A stretch of DNA of 64,000 nt from an uncultured Candidatus Saccharibacteria bacterium (GCA_964394505.1 CAYMXR010000001.1:9878-73877); one strand, 5' to 3'; counted from the stretch's first letter, positions 49,428-60,054 are shown. Made by a program: numbers and translations. The notes: generated by a model from the sequence alone, not told the origin.

Positions 49428-50759
49428 ATGCGAAACTCGACCAAAATAATCTGGATAATATTAATCATACTGATCATTTCGGTTGCTTTGTATTGGTACT
49501 TCTTCTTTTATGGCCCAGGCAATCAGATAGAACCTATTGTAAATGATCCAAACACACCTTCTGGTTTCGTACCTCTAAATAGCAATAATCCAACAAACAA
49601 TCCGGTAAGCACGACCGAACCCGATATCGATTCCGCAACGACGACGGATAATGGCCTAGACTTGCAAACGATCGAGGGTACATTGCCAAAATTGCGTTTA
49701 CTTAGCAACACACCGATCGGTGGTTATGGAGCAAGTACAACCGCAAGTACAACCGTTGTCCGTTGGATCGATAGAGGGAGGGGTAATATCCTAGAAGCCA
49801 AGGGTGATTCCGGTGAAATTGTCATATTGTCAAACACTCTTTTGCCACGAATGTATGAGGGGGTTTGGAATAAGAACATAACCGCTTTCATCGGATCATT
49901 AATCAATAATAATGCCGACACCCCATCAACTGTCTATGCAAAACTTTATTCCCAAGCAAGCACAACAAGCAAAGTCGCAACCTCAACCTCAATTGCAACA
50001 ACAACTGATGAAAAAAATACCAATGTTACTCCTTATTATATAAAAGGTAAAAACTTACCAGAAAACATCATAGATTATGCCGTATCACCAGGAGGTGACA
50101 AAGTATTCCTTCTAATAAAAGAATCCGGTCAAGGTGTCGGGTATGTGGCAAATTTCGATGGAACAAAACTAATTCAAATATTCAATCAACCGCTCACAGA
50201 AGTCAATGTTGATTGGCCAGAAGAAAACACCCTAACCATAGCAACCAAAGGGTCAGCAAACCATCAAGGTTTTCTATATTTTGTTAACGCAAAAACTGGA
50301 ATATGGCAAAAGGTTCTTGGTCCAATATATGGACTTAGCGCCAAGGTAAGCAGGGACGCAAAATATATTCTTGTCTCAACCATCAATGCCGACAAGGAAC
50401 CAGTAATAAAAATATACAAAGTAGGAACAAGCGCACCAATCGACACCATGATCAGGACTTTGGCAGATAAATGCGTCTGGGGCAACAACTACAAAGAACT
50501 GGTTTACTGCGCAGTACCATCAAATACAGAAAACGCCACTTATCCCGATGATTGGTACAAAGGTTCCGTTGACTTTAGTGACAAGATTTTACAATACAAC
50601 ACAAAAGACGAAACTATTTCGGTCGTCTCTCCTATACTAGATCAAACCGATAGACTTATAGACGCTTTCAATCTTGGAGTCGACGACCGTGATGATTTTC
50701 TATTCTTTATGAACAAGCACGATCTATCGTTTTGGTCATTGGACCTTAGTGCAGAGTAA
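49428..50759 (+). CDS. Membrane-anchored beta-propeller-like protein
   Basis: N-terminal TM; AVSPGGDK, TLADKCVW, YCAVP, PDDWYKG. Confidence 0.7.
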   Translation: MRNSTKIIWIILIILIISVALYWYFFFYGPGNQIEPIVNDPNTPSGFVPLNSNNPTNNPVSTTEPDIDSATTTDNGLDLQTIEGTLPKLRLLSNTPIGGYGASTTASTTVVRWIDRGRGNILEAKGDSGEIVILSNTLLPRMYEGVWNKNITAFIGSLINNNADTPSTVYAKLYSQASTTSKVATSTSIATTTDEKNTNVTPYYIKGKNLPENIIDYAVSPGGDKVFLLIKESGQGVGYVANFDGTKLIQIFNQPLTEVNVDWPEENTLTIATKGSANHQGFLYFVNAKTGIWQKVLGPIYGLSAKVSRDAKYILVSTINADKEPVIKIYKVGTSAPIDTMIRTLADKCVWGNNYKELVYCAVPSNTENATYPDDWYKGSVDFSDKILQYNTKDETISVVSPILDQTDRLIDAFNLGVDDRDDFLFFMNKHDLSFWSLDLSAE

Positions 50760-50767
50760 TTGAGGAA

Positions 50768-51526
50768 TTATCTTATGTGTTTTTTCTTGATGTACAACTC
50801 TTGTGCCAAAGTAAACAGGGAACTAACTGACCAGTAGATCGCAATGATTGAGGCGGCTTGGGGGAAACTAGCTGGAATAATCCAGTATATTGAAGCGAAA
50901 GCAACAACTGGAAGTATGTACTTCATCTGAGTATTCATTGAGCTTGCCATCTGTGAAGCAGGGTCAAGCTTGCCTCCGCTCTTAACTGTAGCATCTGCCA
51001 TATCCTGTTGCTGACGAGCAGCAACTGAATACTTGAGTTGGAAATATTGGATCACTCCAGTAATAAGAGCCAAAATAAAACTCTTTTGAGTCAGATCTAG
51101 ACCCAAAAGGGTAGCGCTGGCGTGCGGAGCCTGAATAAAAGAATACAATAATTCTGGTTGAACGTTTGGGATAATCTTGTAAAAGACCGAGATCAGAGCA
51201 AAAAGGATCGGTAACTGAATAATCAAAAGTAATATACTAGAAAGAGGATTAACTCCTTTTTGTTTATAAAGTTCCATTATCTTCAAAGCCTGTTCTTGTT
51301 TGTTGTTTGAGTACTGCAACCTGATCTTATTTGCTTCTGGTTCAATCGCTTTCATCCTAACTTGAGTAAGTAAAGCTTTTTTTGATAGAGGAAATAGAAT
51401 AAATTTGATAATACAAGTAAAAATAACTACTGCAAGACCAACATCTATACCAGGAATAATGTTCATAATTCCAATAAGGCCGTTGTATAAGGGAAGAAAA
51501 ATTAGCTCTTTATATAAATTGTACAT
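50768..51526 (-). CDS. yidC: Membrane protein insertase YidC
   Basis: IIKFILFPL, LYKQKGVNPL, IQLPIL, IYWSVSSLF. Confidence 0.93.
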   Translation of the reverse strand: MYNLYKELIFLPLYNGLIGIMNIIPGIDVGLAVVIFTCIIKFILFPLSKKALLTQVRMKAIEPEANKIRLQYSNNKQEQALKIMELYKQKGVNPLSSILLLIIQLPILFALISVFYKIIPNVQPELLYSFIQAPHASATLLGLDLTQKSFILALITGVIQYFQLKYSVAARQQQDMADATVKSGGKLDPASQMASSMNTQMKYILPVVAFASIYWIIPASFPQAASIIAIYWSVSSLFTLAQELYIKKKHIR

Positions 51527-51535
51527 CTGTGTATT

Positions 51536-51865
51536 TTACTTTATAAGCCCGGCTTTTACAAAGATTTCTTTTACCTCTTCTAATAATGAATCTTTTTCTG
51601 TTTTTGTTTTCAAACACAAGACCATTTGATAACCAGAGAGGGGGAGGCTTCCACAAATCAAAGCAATTGCATTGTACATCTTTCTTCTATAACCGACTCT
51701 CTGCGAAGCCTTGCTTGCAATTTTTTGTGGAACTATGGCCGAAAACCTAGTCTGGCCTTCGTTTTTTATAATTCTCAACCAAAAAGACGGTGTATGAACA
51801 ACTTTGCCAGTTTTCATAACCAAATCTAACTGTTCACTAGAGAGTCTTTTTGAACGGGGGAGCAT
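51536..51865 (-). CDS. rnpA: Ribonuclease P protein component
   Basis: MLPRSKRL, RFSAIVPQK, divergent RNR motif; between rpmH and yidC. Confidence 0.8.
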   Translation of the reverse strand: MLPRSKRLSSEQLDLVMKTGKVVHTPSFWLRIIKNEGQTRFSAIVPQKIASKASQRVGYRRKMYNAIALICGSLPLSGYQMVLCLKTKTEKDSLLEEVKEIFVKAGLIK

Positions 51866-51872
51866 GCTTCCA

Positions 51873-52007
51873 TTATACAGCCACGCGCTTCCTGCCGATA
51901 CTGCGTCTTCGGGCCAAAACCTTGCGACCACCAGGACTTTTCATTCGAACACGAAAACCGTGTGACTTTGCTCTTTTTCTTTTGTTTGGATTGTATGTAA
52001 ATGACAT
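51873..52007 (-). CDS. rpmH: 50S ribosomal protein L34
   Basis: [44 protein letters not shown] (below ORF-track cutoff). Confidence 0.95.
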   Translation of the reverse strand: MSFTYNPNKRKRAKSHGFRVRMKSPGGRKVLARRRSIGRKRVAV

Positions 52008-52152
52008 GATTTGGCTACTATACATTATCTTTTACCAAGGCGCAACTTTTTTGCTGTGTTTTTTGCTTTATAAAAAGTTATGAACAACTTATCAACATAT
52101 TTTAAAGCTCTCCACAAGTTTGCAGATTTATAAACAGGTATATACTAGTGTC
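52008..52152. other. oriC part 1 / dnaA promoter with degenerate DnaA boxes
   Basis: TTATGAACA 52078, TTATCAACA 52089, CTCTCCACA 52108, TTATAAACA 52128. Confidence 0.65.
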
Positions 52153-53493
52153 ATGAACGATCACGCAAAAATGTGGCAAACTGCTTTAATCGAAATTCAA
52201 ACCGATGTTTCGCAAGCAAACTTTTCTACATGGTTCAAAGAAACCAATATCGTCAAAGAAGAAGAGGGGGTTGTTTATCTCGGCGTGCCAAACTCTTTTA
52301 CGCAAGAGTGGCTGTACAAAAAATTTCATAATTCAATACTAAGAATTTTGCGCCAACTAAACGAACGAGTCCGCGCCCTTGAATATGTAATAATAAAAGA
52401 AGACAAAAAGGGCGAACATTCCAAAAAAAGCCCCCTCGCTCCAACTTTATCCATACCACTTCAAGATTTTTATATCAACAAAGAAGATAATCTGAACCCA
52501 AGATACACTTTTGATAATTTCGTTGTTGGCCCATACAACGAGCTGGCTCACGCCGCCTCACATACTGTGATCAAAAGCCCAGGCAGGGTATACAACCCAC
52601 TGTTTGTTTATGGCTCGACAGGTAGAGGCAAAACTCACCTCATACAGGCGATAGGAAATGAGATCAAAAAAACCCACCCTGACAAAAAAGTCTTTTACCT
52701 AACCTCCGAGCGTTTCGGTTCAGAGTTCTTTGTCGCCATCCAAGAAGGAAAGGTGCAATCATTCAAAGACCGTTACAGAAAATATGATGTGATGATCATG
52801 GATGATGTACAGTTTTTCTCCAACAAAGATAAGTTTCAAGAGGAATTATTCCATTTTTTTAACACTTTCCATGACACAGGTAGGCAGCTCATATTTTCTT
52901 CAGATCGCCATCCAAACATCATTCCTGGACTTGAAGACCGTTTGCGTGGTCGCTTTAGTGTCGGAATGATCGTCGACATTCCGGAACCAGACAACGAATC
53001 CAGGGCCGCTATCGTCAAAACCAAGTGCGCTCTACATTCTATAACCCTTTCCGACGAATCTATTGGTCTCATAACCGCAGCAATAGAGGACAATATCAGG
53101 GAAATAGAGGGTATCATCAATGTTATTGCTTGCCAAACCCAACTCCGTAACCGCGAACTAACGATCAATGAGATAAAAAACATCCTAAAAAACAGCAGTA
53201 AACCAAAAAAGAATGTTTTGGTTAAAGATATAATAAAAACCATAGCAGAGTTCTACAATACCGACGAAGAAAGTATCCTCAACAAAACTAGACGCAAGGA
53301 GGTGGTAAGACCAAGACAGGTGATCATGTACATACTTAGAGAGGATTTTGGAGTATCTTTTCCTTCTATAGGAGAAAAGCTTGGGGGAAGAGATCATACA
53401 ACCGTTATTCACTCTTATGAAAAAATAAAGGGTGAAGTAAAAAATGACACGGTCTTATCGCAAGAGATAGCACAAATTCGATCCATGCTATAA
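52153..53493 (+). CDS. dnaA: Chromosomal replication initiator DnaA
   Basis: YTFDNFVVG, YNPLFVYGSTGRGKTHL, GGRDHTTVIH. Confidence 0.98.
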   Translation: MNDHAKMWQTALIEIQTDVSQANFSTWFKETNIVKEEEGVVYLGVPNSFTQEWLYKKFHNSILRILRQLNERVRALEYVIIKEDKKGEHSKKSPLAPTLSIPLQDFYINKEDNLNPRYTFDNFVVGPYNELAHAASHTVIKSPGRVYNPLFVYGSTGRGKTHLIQAIGNEIKKTHPDKKVFYLTSERFGSEFFVAIQEGKVQSFKDRYRKYDVMIMDDVQFFSNKDKFQEELFHFFNTFHDTGRQLIFSSDRHPNIIPGLEDRLRGRFSVGMIVDIPEPDNESRAAIVKTKCALHSITLSDESIGLITAAIEDNIREIEGIINVIACQTQLRNRELTINEIKNILKNSSKPKKNVLVKDIIKTIAEFYNTDEESILNKTRRKEVVRPRQVIMYILREDFGVSFPSIGEKLGGRDHTTVIHSYEKIKGEVKNDTVLSQEIAQIRSML

Positions 53494-53679
53494 CCTTGAT
53501 AAGTTGTTATTAAGACGGGGGATAATTTGGGGATTAGTGGTTAACAATTCGGACGGTGGTGGTTTGTTAAATTTTCAAAAACAATTTATTAACATAGTAA
53601 TAAACTAAGGAGAAAAAAATATGGCTAGCAATAAGGATAAATAAGCTATCAACATATCCACTCTCCTAATAGTAATAAA
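53494..53679. other. oriC part 2 (dnaA-dnaN spacer)
   Basis: Degenerate boxes (GGGGGATAA, TTATTAACA, CTATCAACA, ATATCCACT); AT-rich; apparent C-rich to G-rich switch of the + strand nearby. Confidence 0.65.
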
Positions 53680-54786
53680 ATGAAAATTGAATTAAATATA
53701 CAGAAACTTAAAAACGCGGTGACTGCTGTGGAAAAGATTGCAGGAAAACACATAACCCTTCCTGTGTTATCGTGTATTTTAATAGAAGTAAAAAACAATA
53801 TAGCTGTTTTTAAATCAACAAACCTTGATGTTGGTATAGAAGTATCTGTTCCTGTAAAATCAAGCGAAGATGGAATAATTGCCGCTCCTGCCCACACCCT
53901 TTCCGCTTTCGTCTCTCAAATAGTTGAAAACGATCAAATAGTGAAACTTGACGACTCTTCAGGAAATCTAAAAATTACAACAACAAAAACAACAGGGACG
54001 ATAAAAATTCAAGCATTTGATGATTTTCCTTCAATACCAAGGGTCACTGATGGTAAAAAAATTGTATTGTCTTCAGAAATCTTTCTTAAGGGTTTGAAGT
54101 CGGTTTGGTACAGTTCTTCTGTTTCGAGTGTTAAACCGGAGCTTTCTAGTGTTTTTATATACAAAGATGAAGGAAATTTGGTCTTTGTTGCTACCGACTC
54201 TTTTCGTTTGGCGGAAAGAAAAGTAAAACTACCAAATACAGCCGACATTAGTGATATTTTGATTCCATTCAAAAACATTCCAGACCTAAGTCGGGTTTTG
54301 GAGAACATGAACGAAGATATTGAGGTTACTATAAACAAAAACCTAATCTCCTTTGAAGGAAAGGGAATATATGCCGTTTCCAGGCTTATCGATGGTATTT
54401 TCCCAGATTACAGACAGATCATTCCAAAAAATTACAGCACGGAGGTTATTCTACTAAAACAGGATCTAACCAACGCTTTAAAAGTCTCAAACATTTTTTC
54501 AGATAAATTTAACCAAGTTCGTTTTGTAATAGACCCCAAAGCCAAAATATTCAACATACAGACAAAAAATAGCGACATAGGGGAGAATGTTACTTCCTTG
54601 GACGCTTCATTGACTGGAGAGGTTTTGGAGATTAATTTCAATTACAAATACATTGTAGATTGTTTCCAATCAATAGACGCGGACAGTGTTTCCTTATCTT
54701 TGGGTGGTATAAGTAAACCGATGGTGATAAGGCCAATATCCGGAGACCAATCGTTTATGTATCTAGTTATGCCAATGAATCGATAA
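53680..54786 (+). CDS. dnaN: DNA polymerase III beta clamp
   Basis: VATDSFRLA, SRLIDGIFPDY, YLVMPM. Confidence 0.97.
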   Translation: MKIELNIQKLKNAVTAVEKIAGKHITLPVLSCILIEVKNNIAVFKSTNLDVGIEVSVPVKSSEDGIIAAPAHTLSAFVSQIVENDQIVKLDDSSGNLKITTTKTTGTIKIQAFDDFPSIPRVTDGKKIVLSSEIFLKGLKSVWYSSSVSSVKPELSSVFIYKDEGNLVFVATDSFRLAERKVKLPNTADISDILIPFKNIPDLSRVLENMNEDIEVTINKNLISFEGKGIYAVSRLIDGIFPDYRQIIPKNYSTEVILLKQDLTNALKVSNIFSDKFNQVRFVIDPKAKIFNIQTKNSDIGENVTSLDASLTGEVLEINFNYKYIVDCFQSIDADSVSLSLGGISKPMVIRPISGDQSFMYLVMPMNR

Positions 54787-54788
54787 AA

Positions 54789-55040
54789 ATGTTTGGAATT
54801 ACCGATTTTTTCAAGAATATTCAAAACGCTTTTACAAAAGAGATACTTTTACGCACAAAGATTAAAGAAATAGTAGAAAAACAAACAGGAATAAGTATTC
54901 CTATAGAGAATATTGTTTACAAAAACGAAGTTGTGAGTCTAAAAAAGACAAATTCCTCGATTTTGTCTGTAATTTACATAAAAAAAGCAAAGATTTTAGA
55001 AGAACTCAAAAGTGTTGGGATTGTTAAGGATATTAGATAG
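54789..55040 (+). CDS. Small hypothetical protein (possibly DciA/DUF721-like)
   Basis: 83 aa directly after dnaN. Confidence 0.55.
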   Translation: MFGITDFFKNIQNAFTKEILLRTKIKEIVEKQTGISIPIENIVYKNEVVSLKKTNSSILSVIYIKKAKILEELKSVGIVKDIR

Positions 55041-55061
55041 TAGCGTATTTGCTGATCAAAC

Positions 55062-57587
55062 CTACCTAATTTGAAAACTAAGAGAGTCTTGGCCTTTGTT
55101 GTAGACCGAGTCGTAGACTGTTACAGAAAGCGTGTTAACGGGAGATAGGTTGCCGACATCTGCTGGAACAAAAGAGATATTCAAAGGGTCCGATTCTTTC
55201 GTAAGAACGTATTTGTCATTTAGATAAACCTCAACCTTTTTTGGTTGGTTTGGACCAGAGATTCGAATTTTGATTGATAATTGCTGATTTGGATCGATCG
55301 AAACGTTTTGTTCTGGAGAAACAATCTTAACTTGAGGAAATTTGTCTGGAACATGGACATTATCGGTTTCTTTTGGAATTTCAAAATTTGTTGTTTCTCT
55401 GAAGCCTGGATTGGCTACCTTCCATTCGTCAAACCATTTTCTAACCGCGTATTCCCAATAAGGGTACTGGGTGTCTTTGGTTGGATCTGTTGGTATTGGA
55501 CCGTTGGGGTTGTTTTTATCTACCCAGTGCAAAATATTATGGACATCATTAAATACAACCTCCTTCAAAGTTTCTTTTGGAGTGTATTCGGTAGCAACTT
55601 TTCCAGAAATAGTATCTATGTTGTATGAAATTCCTCCCTGCCAAATACCACGAATCACTGGTTTTGTATCAGTGCGAGGAGTTGGTGGGGGAAGGAAGTC
55701 TTCCGGCGGATAGTTTTTTGCCACTTGGGACATAAAGGCTCCCCAGAGAGGAGATATTATAAGTCCTGCAATATTTTGGCTCATTGGAGTGTTGTCGTTA
55801 TTGCCCGCCCAGGCTCCAACAACAATGTTTGGTGTATAACCAATTGCCCAAACATCTCGATAGTCGTTAGTTGTACCCGTCTTAATGGTAACTTTTCTTC
55901 CAACACTGTCAGCAATTGGTTTTAGGCTGTTTATTCGAACAGAGTTGTCGGCCAAAATGCTGTTTATTTGTCTGGCAATTTGTGAATCTAGTGATCTTGA
56001 GGGGTAGAGAGATGCGCTTTCAAGAACATTACCTTTACTGTCAGTAATTTCTAGGATTGACCGGGTTGGATTGCGTATACCGTCATTGGCAAATGTTGCG
56101 TAAGCTCCGGTCATTTCTAGCAAACTAACTTCTCCTCCACCCAGGACCATAGTTAAACCATATTTATTTGGATCGTTCAGGCTTGTTATTCCAAGGTCGC
56201 GCGCAGTTTGAATAGATTGTGGTATACCGGCCAAGTACAAGGCTTTTACTGCGGGGATGTTGCGTGATTGACCCAATGCTTTTCGGATAGTCATTGGTCC
56301 TGGATATATAGAGTCAAATTCCCTTGGAGAATAGCAAACTTTTTCTGGGTCATCGTTTGGATTTATTGGTTTTCCTTCTGGTGTGCAGTATGACGAAAAC
56401 TCAGTTCTCACATCAAAAAGAACAGTTTCTGGAGTGTAGCCTTTTTTAAACAGCGTCGAATACACAAAAGGTTTGAATGTTGAACCTGGTTGTCTTTTTG
56501 CTAATGCAGTATTGTAATTGCCATCAATTGTTTTACTAAAATAATCTTTTGATCCCACCATCGTTAAGATGTCTCCGGTTTTTGGGTCTATTGCGACCAT
56601 AGACGCGTTGCTGGCTTTGTAATTTTCTTCTATTGATGGGGCAAATTTTTTAATTACCTCCTCAGCTTTTTGTTGCATATCAAAATCAAGAGTTGTCTTG
56701 ACACGAAGACCACCGACACTTGCAGAATCTTCTCCGTATTTTTGGATTAGATAGTCTCTAATGTACATTACAAAATGTGGAGCCCGGATATTTTCTGAAT
56801 TTTTTGTTAAAAACTCAACTTTTTCTTTTTGTGCTAAATCGTAATCTTCTTTTGTTATCATTCCAAGAGACAACATCCGATCTAGAACTAGTTTTTGTCT
56901 AGCGTCTAAGGCTTTTTTGTTTTTTCCATAAGGTGAATAGTAGGTCGGAGCTTTTGGAATAGCGGCTAAATATGCAGATTGGGCCAGGGTTATTTCGGAA
57001 GCTGGCTTACCAAAGAAGGTTTGGCTAGCCTGTTCAACGCCGTATATTGTTCCGCCGTAAGGACTTTCGTTCAGATATATCTCAAGAATTTGATCTTTAC
57101 TCATGAGCCTTGTTATCTTTATTGCCAAAATCCACTCTTTTATTTTTCTTGTTACCGTCTTGTCTTGAGTTAAAAGAGAGTTTTTTATCACCTGTTGAGT
57201 GATCGTAGATGCCCCCTGACTGTAATTTCCTGAAAGAAAGTTTGCAATAACTGCTCTAAATATTGAACTAGGCTCGATCCCGATATTATTGTAAAAATTT
57301 GAATCTTCTATCGCAATGGTACCTTTTTGTAAATAAGGGGACATGGAAGATAGGGGAACTGATGTAGATTTTACATTGGTACCTGTATCATAAAGCAAAA
57401 CCGTTCCCGTTCGGTCGTATATTTTTGTTGATTCTGTAACTTTGCGACTTTGAAAAGAACTAAGGTCCGGTATTTTTAGTGTCGCTATCCATAAAGCAAA
57501 AACCCCGATCATTATGAGAATGACCGAGCTTATAAGCAGGATTAGCGATTTTAAATGTCGAAAGACACGCTTTTTTCCTCTAGACAT
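55062..57587 (-). CDS. Class A penicillin-binding protein (PBP1A family)
   Basis: AIEDSNFY, GASTITQQV, RKIKE, RQPGSTFKP (SxxK), SRN, KTGT. Confidence 0.95.
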   Translation of the reverse strand: MSRGKKRVFRHLKSLILLISSVILIMIGVFALWIATLKIPDLSSFQSRKVTESTKIYDRTGTVLLYDTGTNVKSTSVPLSSMSPYLQKGTIAIEDSNFYNNIGIEPSSIFRAVIANFLSGNYSQGASTITQQVIKNSLLTQDKTVTRKIKEWILAIKITRLMSKDQILEIYLNESPYGGTIYGVEQASQTFFGKPASEITLAQSAYLAAIPKAPTYYSPYGKNKKALDARQKLVLDRMLSLGMITKEDYDLAQKEKVEFLTKNSENIRAPHFVMYIRDYLIQKYGEDSASVGGLRVKTTLDFDMQQKAEEVIKKFAPSIEENYKASNASMVAIDPKTGDILTMVGSKDYFSKTIDGNYNTALAKRQPGSTFKPFVYSTLFKKGYTPETVLFDVRTEFSSYCTPEGKPINPNDDPEKVCYSPREFDSIYPGPMTIRKALGQSRNIPAVKALYLAGIPQSIQTARDLGITSLNDPNKYGLTMVLGGGEVSLLEMTGAYATFANDGIRNPTRSILEITDSKGNVLESASLYPSRSLDSQIARQINSILADNSVRINSLKPIADSVGRKVTIKTGTTNDYRDVWAIGYTPNIVVGAWAGNNDNTPMSQNIAGLIISPLWGAFMSQVAKNYPPEDFLPPPTPRTDTKPVIRGIWQGGISYNIDTISGKVATEYTPKETLKEVVFNDVHNILHWVDKNNPNGPIPTDPTKDTQYPYWEYAVRKWFDEWKVANPGFRETTNFEIPKETDNVHVPDKFPQVKIVSPEQNVSIDPNQQLSIKIRISGPNQPKKVEVYLNDKYVLTKESDPLNISFVPADVGNLSPVNTLSVTVYDSVYNKGQDSLSFQIR

Positions 57588-57622
57588 ATTAGTTCAATTG
57601 TAGCAGAAATCTCTGCGAACTG

Positions 57623-57892
57623 TTACTGCTCCCATTTATCCTGGAAAGGATTTAATTCATCATCATCTAGAGATAGGCCCTCCTCGTCTTCTTCTGGGTC
57701 TTCTGTAGCGACCAAAGGATCTTCCTCGATCTTTTCTTCAATAACAGAAGCAGGTTCTAGTGCCGCTTCCAAATCGACGGGTTTTTTTGATTTTGTTTCT
57801 TCTGTCTCGGGTATATCCAGTTCATTTTCTGCATCCCTTTCAACTTTTTTGTTTTTTGCCTGTTTTTGGTGAACGATTTTTTTCTGAGCCAT
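57623..57892 (-). CDS. Small acidic hypothetical protein
   Basis: E/D-rich, ends LNPFQDKWEQ. Confidence 0.65.
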   Translation of the reverse strand: MAQKKIVHQKQAKNKKVERDAENELDIPETEETKSKKPVDLEAALEPASVIEEKIEEDPLVATEDPEEDEEGLSLDDDELNPFQDKWEQ

Positions 57893-57928
57893 CTCTTTAA
57901 AATTAATTTTAATTATCGTGCATATGTT

Positions 57929-58489
57929 TTAACAAATCCTTGTATTTTTGCAAGAAAGATGGGTTGGGGATAAGCGACGCGCTGAATGGGTGAGGGCAAC
58001 GGCGATCGCGTCGTATTCGTCATCGAGAGAAATTTTCTTTGGAATTTTGACCAGAAGGTGTATCATTTTTATTATTCTAGTTTTGTCACTGGTTCCGTCA
58101 CCAGTGATAGCCGACTTTATCTGAAGTGGGGTGTATTCGAAAATGGGGATGTTATTTTTTACTGCTTCATAAATTATAATTCCACGCACTTCGGCCACTC
58201 GCATGGCCGTTTTCTGGTTTTTTGCGACAAATAGAGATTCCATGGCCAGTTCGTTTGGGTTGTATTTTTTTATTATCGAAGATATTTCCTGCCCGATAAT
58301 CTTGAATCGATCATAAATGTTTTCACTGCGGTCGGTCTCTATGCAATTTGAAAATAAAACAGTTTCTTTGTCCTTGCCTTTTTCGATCACAGCTAGACCC
58401 AAGCGACCATAACCAGGGTCGATACCGAGGATAATGGCTGGACGGACAGTTGAAGCTGTAGCCGTTTCTGGGTAGGCTTGAGACTTCAT
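57929..58489 (-). CDS. ruvC: Holliday junction resolvase RuvC
   Basis: ILGIDPG, AMESLF, EYTPLQIK, DDEYDAIAVA. Confidence 0.95.
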   Translation of the reverse strand: MKSQAYPETATASTVRPAIILGIDPGYGRLGLAVIEKGKDKETVLFSNCIETDRSENIYDRFKIIGQEISSIIKKYNPNELAMESLFVAKNQKTAMRVAEVRGIIIYEAVKNNIPIFEYTPLQIKSAITGDGTSDKTRIIKMIHLLVKIPKKISLDDEYDAIAVALTHSARRLSPTHLSCKNTRIC

Positions 58490-58499
58490 TGTCTTGGAA

Positions 58500-59030
58500 T
58501 TACTCTGCGTTGGTGAAGACTTCTTGAACATCGTCGTTATTTTCTAGATCCTCTACAAGCTTAGTTAGGACTTCGATATCGGCGTCTTCGATCGGCATTG
58601 TGCTAGTGGGTTTCCAGCCCTCGTGTGTCTTTTCGAATGCCCAAGAAGCACTACCGGGGGAGGCGAGCTCGAAGCCGTTCAGAGATAGGATGTGTTTGAT
58701 CTCCTGCGCAGCTTTATTTCTGTTATCAGTAAGAACTGAGATAAGAATTGCTACACCACCGGGGCCATAAGTCTCGTAAATAATATTTTCCATAGCAGCA
58801 CTGTTGTCGGTCATGGCTTTTTTGACTGCACGGTCGATGGTGTCATTTGGCATGTTTTCCTTGCGAGCTTTTTCGATGGCGGTAGCGAGGCCGGGGGATG
58901 AGAGATTGCCTTTGGCGGCTTTTGCTTCGACTGCTATGAGTCGAACAAGTTTGCCAAATTGCTTGCTCTTTTGAGCATCATTCTTGGCTTTGATATGTTT
59001 GATCTTCGAATATTTATTATGTCCTGACAT
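58500..59030 (-). CDS. yebC: YebC/PmpR family protein, short form
   Basis: MSGHNKYSKIKH, YETYGPGG, TDNRNK, DDVQEVFTN. Confidence 0.93.
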   Translation of the reverse strand: MSGHNKYSKIKHIKAKNDAQKSKQFGKLVRLIAVEAKAAKGNLSSPGLATAIEKARKENMPNDTIDRAVKKAMTDNSAAMENIIYETYGPGGVAILISVLTDNRNKAAQEIKHILSLNGFELASPGSASWAFEKTHEGWKPTSTMPIEDADIEVLTKLVEDLENNDDVQEVFTNAE

Positions 59031-59043
59031 AATTTTGATTTAA

Positions 59044-60054
59044 TTATAATAATTTACCACTATCTTTTATCCCAACATGTTTGTATGCCTTATCTGTCGC
59101 AATTCTACCCCTAGGCGTCCTCTCTAGTAATCCCAACTGAATCAGATACGGCTCATAGACCTCTTCTATGGTTGCTTGCTCTTCAGACAGCGCAGCTGCG
59201 ATTGTATTTAACCCCACAGGTCCGCCGCCGAATTTATTTATAATAACTTTCAAAATATCTCGATCTGCTCCAGTAAGTCCGATATTGTCTACACCAAGCA
59301 TGACCAAAGCTTTCTCAACGATCTCTTTTGATAGGGAAGTCTTATTAATTTGGGCGAAGTCACGACATCTTTTTAGGTGATAGTTGGCTGTTCTTGGGGT
59401 GAAGCGTGAACGGACAGCTATTTCTGTAACCGCTTCTGGATGGATTTCTATATCGAGGATCTTGGCCGAGCGGTTTATTATCTTACTTATTTCGTCATTT
59501 GAATAAAATTCGAGTTTGAAAACTCCACCAGAAAAACGAGATCGGAGTGGCGCCGAGATCATAGCAATTCTGGTAGTCGCAGCAATAAGAGTAAACGGTG
59601 GAAGATCGAGTTGAATAGTTCTCGCAGACGGACCTTTGCCGATGATGATATCGAGCTTTCCTGTTTCCATGGCAGGGTAGAGGACTTCTTCAATGGCTTT
59701 GTTCAATCTGTGAATTTCGTCTATAAAAAGAATATCACCAGCAGAAAGATTTGTAAGTACCGATGCCAAGTCTCCAACTTTAAGAATTGCTGGCCCGGAA
59801 GTCACTTTCATTTGTGCCTCGGTCTCTTTTGCGATGAGGTGAGCAAGGGTGGTCTTGCCGAGCCCCGGTGGACCATAAAAAAGTATGTGTTCAGGTGGGT
59901 GTTTGCGCTCTTTTGCGGCAGTAAGGAGGATGTGCAGGTTATCTTTTATGTTTTTTTGACCAATGTATTCGTCCCAACGAGATGGTCGCAGGGTCTGGTC
60001 CAAAAACCCTGGGTCTTTTTCGGTGGTCGATGAATTGTTTGAAGTCCTTGACAT
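59044..60054 (-). CDS. ruvB: Holliday junction branch-migration helicase RuvB
   Basis: LRPSRWDEYIGQ, GPPGLGKTT, FIDEIHRL, EPYLIQLG, RTPRGR. Confidence 0.98.
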   Translation of the reverse strand: MSRTSNNSSTTEKDPGFLDQTLRPSRWDEYIGQKNIKDNLHILLTAAKERKHPPEHILFYGPPGLGKTTLAHLIAKETEAQMKVTSGPAILKVGDLASVLTNLSAGDILFIDEIHRLNKAIEEVLYPAMETGKLDIIIGKGPSARTIQLDLPPFTLIAATTRIAMISAPLRSRFSGGVFKLEFYSNDEISKIINRSAKILDIEIHPEAVTEIAVRSRFTPRTANYHLKRCRDFAQINKTSLSKEIVEKALVMLGVDNIGLTGADRDILKVIINKFGGGPVGLNTIAAALSEEQATIEEVYEPYLIQLGLLERTPRGRIATDKAYKHVGIKDSGKLL

